Shown here: piece after piece, positions 55,465-63,500 of the stretch | Position numbering within the stretch: position 1 is the first letter of the stretch | Layout: each line of letters opens with the position of its first letter | Source of the DNA: a virus | Direction: 5' to 3' (one strand) | Length of the DNA stretch: 64,000 nt | Virus record (IMG/VR): IMGVR_UViG_3300042371_001161 | Location: 32,001-96,000 of that record | Notes under the pieces: model-generated | Databases searched by the model: none | What the model saw: only the letters and a program-made list of their open reading frames with translations | Told to the model about the DNA's origin: nothing | Made by a program: the position numbers and the translations under genes

Positions 55465-55800
55465 TTAATTTAAAAAGCCAAGTCTCCTGGCTTCGGCGAT
55501 AGAAATGTTTTTGCCTTTTTTATGGACAACTATTTTTGTAACAATACCTGGCGCAATTTCTCGCTCTTCGCAATAATCCTCTTGCATACAAAACGCCAAG
55601 GAGTCATCGAGAGAAGAGTGCGTGTTGTAGCCCCAAATATCTTCCGGCAACAAACTTGCAGAATTGCCCTCACAATCGCCAGTCGGGTGACCGCAAACGG
55701 GACACGGAAGCCTGTCGGCCCGAAGAATACTAAACCCAGAATGTTTATCTTCAAATATGGACATTTCGCCAAATCCTGGGCTATCGTAAAATGCATTCAC
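55465..55800 (-). CDS. Hypothetical protein with CPVCGHPTGDC motif
   Basis: 111 aa, GTG start. Confidence 0.6.
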   Translation of the reverse strand: MNAFYDSPGFGEMSIFEDKHSGFSILRADRLPCPVCGHPTGDCEGNSASLLPEDIWGYNTHSSLDDSLAFCMQEDYCEEREIAPGIVTKIVVHKKGKNISIAEARRLGFLN

Positions 55801-55814
55801 ATTAATAAGTTTAT

Positions 55815-56486
55815 CTAAATAATGCTCTGCATAATAAAACCAAAACTGGCTATTTTTGCAGCAGCATCGAGAAGGCTCTGGTCGTCGACCGATTCGCTGG
55901 GCCCCATTTGAAGAACTCTATTTAACATGTGGGGGTATTTTGTTTGTTTTGTATGGTGTTCTGCTTTTTCCGGATAAACCAGCACCTCTTTCCAGTGCAC
56001 CTTGCGCCCTAACGCAATCTTGTATGGGGCGGCAACCATGGATGTAGGCGTAATATGGCCATTTTCTTCGTCAATTGACGCATGGCTAACCGTCAGGCAT
56101 TCATATATGGGCAATTTGGGGTCCGAAAACGCCAAAGCTAGGTCCATATTCTTGGTTTTATGGGAGTCTAGGGAGCAGTAACCCTCCGAGACCATGGTGA
56201 TGGCCGTGGCCCACATATCCTTGCGGAGTACCTTGCACACCTCTTTGCATCTTTCAAAGCGTACTTCTGGGTCCAATTTCATTGTTTCAGAGTTCATTTG
56301 AGATATCGAAATCAGTCCGTCATCCATCCACGCTAGAAAATGGATGGCCAAATCCTCCCCAACCCCATGTTCCTCGACTGCCGTATCTTTCGCCAGCTGG
56401 GCCGATGTCAGGGCAAGAGCCATTTTACTAAAATCATCCATGTATTGGTCCACGAGGCATTTTAGACAAATATTCTTCATTTCCAT
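55815..56486 (-). CDS. Hypothetical protein
   Basis: Track ORF runs to 56528. ATG at 56486 is more plausible given the divergent gene. Confidence 0.6.
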   Translation of the reverse strand: MEMKNICLKCLVDQYMDDFSKMALALTSAQLAKDTAVEEHGVGEDLAIHFLAWMDDGLISISQMNSETMKLDPEVRFERCKEVCKVLRKDMWATAITMVSEGYCSLDSHKTKNMDLALAFSDPKLPIYECLTVSHASIDEENGHITPTSMVAAPYKIALGRKVHWKEVLVYPEKAEHHTKQTKYPHMLNRVLQMGPSESVDDQSLLDAAAKIASFGFIMQSII

Positions 56487-56544
56487 GGTAAACAAATAAA
56501 CCGCTTTTGCAACGGCCGACACACTCATGCGCTAAGGTTGCATC

Positions 56545-56865
56545 ATGACTGAAAGCATCAAAAAGAACCAAACAAAGACCCCCAAGAAGGCCGCCGTTAA
56601 AAAGGCTCCTGCAAAGAAAACCGCCCCCAAGAAGGCCGCCGCCAAGAAGTCCCCGGTGAAGAAGGCCGCTGCCAAGAAGGCTCCTGTGAAGAAGGCCGCG
56701 GAGAAGCAGCCCGAAGTTCAATTCGATATCTTGGATGAGCTTCGCGATGAGGTCATTGAATGGGCCGACGATTTTATTGCCGCAAATCCGAATGTAAAAG
56801 TAAATGGCAAGGTTGGAATTTTACAGACTTGGTTCCGTAAGTTCTTTAGTCGTCGCGCTAAATAA
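56545..56865 (+). CDS. Histone H1-like PAKK-repeat protein
   Basis: KTPKKAAVKKAPAKKTAPKKAAAKKSPVKKAAAKKAPVKKAAEK. Confidence 0.75.
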   Translation: MTESIKKNQTKTPKKAAVKKAPAKKTAPKKAAAKKSPVKKAAAKKAPVKKAAEKQPEVQFDILDELRDEVIEWADDFIAANPNVKVNGKVGILQTWFRKFFSRRAK

Positions 56866-56888
56866 CTGCGCGAGTTGCATCTTTCATA

Positions 56889-57302
56889 ATGACAACAGAA
56901 AGACGCAGAGCCCCACGTAAAAAAATAACATCTATCGAGAAGACCGGTAGGTGGGGTCATCTTGTTTATCATCACAAACTTGAATGTGGTCATATCGACG
57001 TACGCAAAAGAGCCGCAACATCTGATGAAATAGCATGCATGTGGTGCCTTAGGGCGGAAGAACAAGATGTTGAGATTAAAAAAATGTCTGCGCCTTTAGT
57101 TCAAAATGTTTTTTATGACGACAATCTAGCTGCAGAAGAAACGCGCATTGAAAAAACCAGAGCTGCAATTGCTGCACGTATTGGCGTACCAATGGAGGCA
57201 GTGGATATTTCTTCAGAAGATGTTGCTGGTTTGCTTGTGATTCGCAGCGCAGTCGTGTATCTTTCTGCACGCGACATAGTTCGCATTGCGGGGGGAATTT
57301 AG
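56889..57302 (+). CDS. Hypothetical protein with possible Zn-binding motif
   Basis: HHKLECGH...CMWC. Confidence 0.6.
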   Translation: MTTERRRAPRKKITSIEKTGRWGHLVYHHKLECGHIDVRKRAATSDEIACMWCLRAEEQDVEIKKMSAPLVQNVFYDDNLAAEETRIEKTRAAIAARIGVPMEAVDISSEDVAGLLVIRSAVVYLSARDIVRIAGGI

Positions 57303-57328
57303 CTCTCGCCCATACAACGGAGGTTCAA

Positions 57329-57652
57329 TTGGAATCAGTCAGTAGGGTGGACGTAATGCCGCGAGGCGGAAAATGCACGGGACATAATCCAAATATATGG
57401 TTCCCTATGGCTGACAAATCTCAGCCTGGTCAGTTTTCTGAAAATTACAGACAGGCCAGAGCAGATACTCAAATTGCTAAACAAATATGCGGAACGTGCG
57501 AAATTAAAATTGAATGCCTCTCGTATGCTCTCTATCATGAGATGTTTGGTATTTGGGGAGGGACATCCGAGCGCGAGCGTCATAGAATGCGGAGACAAAT
57601 GAACATCGTCCCCGTACCTAAGATACCATTCAACATACTCCTACCTCATTAG
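57329..57652 (+). CDS. whiB: WhiB-family Fe-S transcription factor
   Basis: C...WFP...AKQICGTCEIKIECLSYAL..EMFGIWGGTSERER. The true start may be ATG at 57356. Confidence 0.93.
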   Translation: MESVSRVDVMPRGGKCTGHNPNIWFPMADKSQPGQFSENYRQARADTQIAKQICGTCEIKIECLSYALYHEMFGIWGGTSERERHRMRRQMNIVPVPKIPFNILLPH

Positions 57653-57670
57653 AAAAAGAGCGATTAGCCA

Positions 57671-59515
57671 ATGCCTACTATTCCATCGCCAGAAACAGAA
57701 AACTTTCTAGGACTCTTGGATGGCGTGCGTAAGGCTGGCTCTGGCTGGATTGCGCGCTGTCCGTGTAGAAATGATGATTCAAATCCATCCCTATCCGTGG
57801 GACAAGGGGCGGACGGTCGTGTCCTTGTCACCTGTCATCGTGGCATGTCATGCAACGTTGACGACATATGCCAGTCTGTTGGCATTAGTGTTTCTGACTT
57901 GATGCCGAAAAAAGACGAATATGACAGGCCTTTTAAACAGGAGACGCGACAACTTCCAGCCGCAAAGAATAGAGAAACAAAAGATTTGAGTGAAAAAATT
58001 TCCCGACCACCCAAGAAACTCACCTTGACCAATACCTATGACTACACGGACGAGAATGGTCTACTTCTTTTTCAAAAACTCCGCTACATAGATGAAGACG
58101 GAAAGAAATCTTTCAGTCAGCGCAAGCCCGACGGCAAGAGTGGATGGGAATACAGCTTAGGTGATGTCCCGAAAGTCCTATACAACCTCCCTGGAGTTAT
58201 CTCAGCGCGAGCATTTGATGCAACCATATGGGTGGTCGAGGGGGAGAAGGATGCAGACACACTAATTGAGGCAGGTTTCGTTGCAACGACGATGCCAGGT
58301 GGGGCTGGTAAATGGCTCGAGATACACACCGAACCCTTGAGTGGGAGCGTTGTTGAAATAGTCGCAGACAATGACGAAGTTGGTATCAAGCATGCGCTTA
58401 ATGTTTGTGAGAAATTAATTGACGCTGGTTGTGACGCTCAGGTTTGGATATGTCCATCCCACAAGGACATAACCGACCACCTTTCTGCTGGAATGTCAAT
58501 TGATGATTTGGTCGCCTACGAAGCGCCTCCCGTGCTCAATGATTATTCAGTTTCAGAAAATGGGTTTACGGAAGTTGAACTAACGGGAATAAAAATTAAT
58601 GAGGATTTGTCGCCAGAGGACCTTGCCCTACAGAAGCTAAAGGAATTAATAGAAAGGGACGACCTCAATGTTAAGCAAAAAATTGCTAAAAGCAATCTCA
58701 TATTGGCCACAGCCACCGTCTCCTTTTCGCTTGATACTGGCCGCCTAGTTCACTGGAATGATTTCCTTAAAGAGACTGATGGAGACACCTACGATTGGGT
58801 CATACCAGGACTTCTTGAGAGAAGCGAGCGTGTCATAGTCGTGGCCGCTGAGGGTGTTGGTAAGACAATGCTCGCCCGACAAGTGGCGCTCCTCTGCGCT
58901 GCAGGAATCCACCCGTTCTCTTTTCAGCCCATGCCAGCCATAAAGACGCTCACCCTCGACCTAGAAAACCCAGACAGAATTATTAGACGTACTGGTCACT
59001 CAATTGCTATGCAGGCAATGGCTTCTGGCCGAGTGACTAGACTAAATGCAGAACTATTGACCAGGCCGTCCGGAATGGACCTGCTCAAGGCAAGCGATAG
59101 GGCATCACTTGAAGAGGCCCTAGACAGGGTGCGTCCTGACTTACTAGTCATTGGCCCGCTATATAAGGCTTTCCTTGACCCAGGCGGGCGGACCTCTGAA
59201 TCAATCGCCCTAGAAGTAGCAAAATATCTAGACACCATTAGGACTGTTTATAAATGTGCGCTATGGATTGAGCACCACGCCCCACTTGGCACAAGCATGA
59301 CCAGCAGGGACCTGCGGCCATTTGGTTCTGCCGTGTGGTCGAGGTGGCCGGAATTTGGCATATCCCTTCAGCCAGACCCAACAGCTCTCGGCGCATATGT
59401 TTACGATGTCCGTCATTTCCGTGGTGCACGTGACGAGCGCCAATGGCCGACTAAAATAAAGAGAGGCGTCAAATTCCCGTTTGAGGTCATTGACTGGTCT
59501 AAGGCTGTAACGTGA
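57671..59515 (+). CDS. Primase-helicase (Zn finger + TOPRIM + RepA/AAA_25 helicase)
   Basis: Contains WIARCPC...PSLSV...TCH, VVEGEKDAD, IVADNDEVG, AAEGVGKT, DLENP, IEHHAP, RPFGSAVW. Confidence 0.88.
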   Translation: MPTIPSPETENFLGLLDGVRKAGSGWIARCPCRNDDSNPSLSVGQGADGRVLVTCHRGMSCNVDDICQSVGISVSDLMPKKDEYDRPFKQETRQLPAAKNRETKDLSEKISRPPKKLTLTNTYDYTDENGLLLFQKLRYIDEDGKKSFSQRKPDGKSGWEYSLGDVPKVLYNLPGVISARAFDATIWVVEGEKDADTLIEAGFVATTMPGGAGKWLEIHTEPLSGSVVEIVADNDEVGIKHALNVCEKLIDAGCDAQVWICPSHKDITDHLSAGMSIDDLVAYEAPPVLNDYSVSENGFTEVELTGIKINEDLSPEDLALQKLKELIERDDLNVKQKIAKSNLILATATVSFSLDTGRLVHWNDFLKETDGDTYDWVIPGLLERSERVIVVAAEGVGKTMLARQVALLCAAGIHPFSFQPMPAIKTLTLDLENPDRIIRRTGHSIAMQAMASGRVTRLNAELLTRPSGMDLLKASDRASLEEALDRVRPDLLVIGPLYKAFLDPGGRTSESIALEVAKYLDTIRTVYKCALWIEHHAPLGTSMTSRDLRPFGSAVWSRWPEFGISLQPDPTALGAYVYDVRHFRGARDERQWPTKIKRGVKFPFEVIDWSKAVT

Positions 59516-60180
59516 GCGACGAAAAATCAAAACCAATTACTACTAAAGAGTTCCTCCACGAGCGCGATATGCGCATCTTCAAGATGAGGCAAGCCGGAAC
59601 TTCTGTTAATGAGATAGCCCGACGATTCGGCATATCTACTCAGTCGGTAGCACGCTCAGTTCAGCGTCAATTAGAAAAAATGAACAAGGAGGCCATTCTT
59701 GCGTATCCAGAAATTCTGAGAATGGAGCTCGAACGGCTAGATAATCTCCAGCAAGCAATTTGGCCAATGACACAACATAGACGTGTCTCAATGGACGACG
59801 GAACAGAAGTGCAGGTCGAGCCAGACCTCAAGGCAATTCAACAGGTCCTATCAATCATGGACCGAAGAACAAAACTACTCGGCATGGAGCAGACAAATGT
59901 TAATGTAAATGTTGACGCAAATATCAACTCTACAATTAGGGCAACCATTGCCGGACAGCCTGGTGTAATCATGCCTGCTTCCGGCTTTGACGCTGAATCA
60001 GAAGCCAGAAAACTACTAGAACTCATGGGTATAGCAGGCGTTCTACCTGCGGAAACAGTTTCATCTATTCTTGCAAAAAATCAAAAACCTGACGACGGCA
60101 TTATCGATGCTGAAGTAGTATCGGATTTAGAAGACAGGCCGATTTACAGGGATTTTGACAACAATGACCCAGGACAGTAA
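59512..60180 (+). CDS. HTH protein, probable terminase small subunit
   Basis: N-terminal HTH (GTSVNEIARRFGIS) followed by ELERLDNLQQAIW...AIQQVLSIMDRRTKLLGM. Confidence 0.55.
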   Translation: MSDEKSKPITTKEFLHERDMRIFKMRQAGTSVNEIARRFGISTQSVARSVQRQLEKMNKEAILAYPEILRMELERLDNLQQAIWPMTQHRRVSMDDGTEVQVEPDLKAIQQVLSIMDRRTKLLGMEQTNVNVNVDANINSTIRATIAGQPGVIMPASGFDAESEARKLLELMGIAGVLPAETVSSILAKNQKPDDGIIDAEVVSDLEDRPIYRDFDNNDPGQ

Positions 60181-60490
60181 CCCAGAAGAAGACAATATTC
60201 GTGCGGCAATGGACAAAGTGGCAGAAACAATAACGCCAACGGTCTCCCCGTTAATCAATGCTGCTGATGGCCCTGCGGATAAGCAGGTTTTAATCAGAAC
60301 CAACGATTATGAACGAAATAGATGGAAAGAGGCCGCAACGCTCGAACAGGTAACTCTTTCTGCGTGGATACGGAATACCCTCAATTCAGAGGCCAAGCGT
60401 CTTCTGGAGTGTGAACACCCGCTGAACATGATGCGCTTCTACCCGTGGGCAAAAATATGCACCAAATGCGGCGCTCGCCTCAAATCCTAG
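60155..60490 (+). CDS. Ribbon-helix-helix-like DNA-binding protein
   Basis: QVLIRT..ERNRWKEAA..EQVTLSAWIRNTLN, with a C-terminal CEH...CTKC. Confidence 0.55.
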   Translation: MTTMTQDSNPEEDNIRAAMDKVAETITPTVSPLINAADGPADKQVLIRTNDYERNRWKEAATLEQVTLSAWIRNTLNSEAKRLLECEHPLNMMRFYPWAKICTKCGARLKS

Positions 60491-60518
60491 GTTATTTACA
60501 ATGGTATTATTTAATTAA

Positions 60519-63500
60519 ATGTCTGTAGATAACAATGAGTTCCACATCCCCTTTGAGGAAACGCGTCGCGGTGTAGATTCAAACACCGAAGAAAAGGCCG
60601 CCCTCGGTCGGCTGGGGCGCTATTTGGGCTCCAGAGCCACAAACAGACCCACTATCGGCCAGAGGCGAAGAGGCAGGGGCGGTGGTCGAGGGGTCGAAAT
60701 ACCTACCGGCGGCAAGCCAGGCACACGAAACCCAACGGGCTCGCGAAGGGACGTCGATGGAGACGGCTGGGCTGACGAAGGAACCAAGAAGCCGGTATGG
60801 GTGGGGATGGGGAATACGGAGCCCGCATCAAAACCAAAGCCTCAAGCGCAAAGACAAACAGCGAAAAGAACCGAGACAGAAGTTGCCAAGAAGCTATCCA
60901 GTGGATTGGAGCAACTGTCGCCGTTAGAGCGTTACGACTATGGTCCAGTGGTTGCTGCCAAAAAAATCAAAAGCAAAGACACCGAATACAGGCTAGTCAT
61001 TAGGAATGACTTTGATATTGGCATCTATCTTGAATCAGATTTCAACAAAGCACGCGACGTTTTAGTCGAGAGATTCAACAAACTTGGAGCGAACCCCTTC
61101 AACGATAAGCCATCTCCATTGGGTCCGGAGGATATCGACGACAGGGATGTTCTGAGGTTCATGCTCGACAACGATAAGACCATAAAAACCATGTCGGCCA
61201 TGCAAGTATGGTCGCCCGGTGGCGGCAGTCGAACTGAAGTTTTTCAAATCAACACAAGACCCAAACACCAAAGACGTGGTCTCGCAGCAGAGATGTTCAA
61301 TACACATAGGGAAACTTTCCCTGAGTTGGACCTTCAGCACAGTGATGCGTTGAGCGAGGATGGTCGAGCATTTTCAAAAGCAGTACCGGCTACGTCCAAC
61401 ATGGAATCCCCAGATAGGCCGTCCAGTCTTTCGTCTGGAAAAAAATATCAAGAGCTTGTCGATGCTCAGCCAGAATTAACCGAAGAAAAGTTGCGTCAGA
61501 TAGACGAGCTTAATGAATTATTAAGAAGCGATTTACTTGATAGCGCCGACTCGTATAGTGAAGATACTGATGTATTTGGCACAGGAATAGATATTTTAAA
61601 TGATTCACCAGAGCGTGCAGCACAAAGAAAAAGAGTGCATGATTTATTACGTGAAATTTTTAGTGGAGAAATTGAGTTAGAGGAAGACATCATCGTCACC
61701 GCTACTAATGGCGAAAAAATAAATTTAGGAAAAACTGTTGTTGTTGATGTTGCTGAATCTTTCGAAGCCCTTGGCTGGCAGGTGGAGATAGACGAAGTAA
61801 GTGAAGAAGATATACAACTAGTCCAAGACCAAACTTTTGAACCATTTCTTTCAGCCGATTCAACCGGCATTGGCCTAGCCGCAAGATTTCAATTCAAACT
61901 AACCCCCACTGCCGATGCCGCAGAACGACTAACTGCAGCCGGGGTGCCAGATGAAATGATTTGGGATGAGATGATGTCGGTTGGGCCCGGCACCCAAGGA
62001 GAAGTGCAATTTGGTCGCTCCGCAAGAATGCTTTCGTATTTTCCTGGAGATAAACCAACGGCGACGATGCAGCATGAGACTTTCTTTCTGAATTCGGAGT
62101 CTCAAGGACACGGCATAGGAAGCGCATTCAATGCAAGAAATGAAAAAATATACGAAGCTATCGGTCAATTAAAAATATTTGCAGCGGGGACGTCCAATAC
62201 CGAAGAATCCATTGGGGCGACGCACTGGCCTAGAAATGGATTCACGTGGGCCGGGGAACCAGGGAAACAAACTTTTCTTGGGACAATCGCAGAAGCCCTC
62301 GATGATACTGAACAGAACTGGTTTAGTCCGGAAGAGAAATCCCGGATATCGTCATTAATACGGAAAAATCCTGATACGGGCTTATTTGAAACTGACTCAA
62401 CCCCAGAAAATCTTCTCAAATTCCAACGAGCAACGGAATTATTCAAAGAAAAAGAATTGTCGATTCTTTACGTGCGTGAAGTATCCAAGAGAAAGACTCC
62501 AGCCGGCGCACTTTCCAGTGGGCGCATCGGAACCGTAAAAACAGAACCAGTCGAGATGATGCGTTCAACGGAGTTTCCGAAACTAGGTACTAAATTAATT
62601 GATTCTGGCGGTACGCCCGACCCCACCTCTAGTCAAAAACAATATATGGAATTCCCGGTTTACGAAATTGACGGGAAAAAATTTGCGTTTGGCAATACTG
62701 ACTTGGGCCGATTCCAGCCTGAGTTCAATACCGAAGATATAGAGATAGTCCCTCTAAATCCTTACGCAATTGTCGGACTGCCCAAAACCTCCACCGAAGG
62801 ACAAGAGTGGGCGTTGAAAATGTTTCATGCGATTCAAGCAGTTTCTCTTCTTGACGACATTGAGGCTGGGCGTGTTGGCAATAGAAAAGTTGGCCTAGTC
62901 GCAGCTTTAACTTATGCTGCGAAGCGGGGAGATAAGCCTGCCCTAGAAGAACTGGAACGTTTGGCAAAAATTGGTGAGGAGCTTTTAGTAAACAACCGAC
63001 GAGATTTCGTATCGGCTGCGAAGGTGTACAACGAACAGATGTGGGACGTTGACGGCACCTATTGGGACGACACGCCAAATATGCAAGTCGTTCTTGGCCC
63101 GACAAGAACCAATGAATACGGCGACACCGTCCGCACAACAAGAGCACTAGGCATCGATGACATGTTTCTTGTTCACCAAACATCATATAAGCCTCAGTAT
63201 GATGACGACGGCAATATTATTCTTAAACCAACCGGGGATTTTATCCCAATTGACCCCAATACTGGCGAGCAATTATTGGACCCCATATCAGGCAAGCCAG
63301 TCGCCATGCCAGACCGCGATTCCATACATATGACCCTTAATCACATGGTCAAGGGTCATATGTGGAGAAATGAGCCCACGGAATCAACAAGCGTTATCAT
63401 CGTTCCACTAAGAGACGTACTTGACGCTAACCCCGGCTCCTTGGACAACCTTTTCGTAGTTGACACATTCCTCACACCAAAGCCAGGTGAAGGACTTGTC

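Noticed and set aside
61438-61445. Other A7-A8 runs (e.g. 35839, 51461, 60960, 61439) as programmed slippage sites
   Set aside because: Short A-runs are expected in Lys-rich genes, and there is no supporting context comparable to the A10 site.
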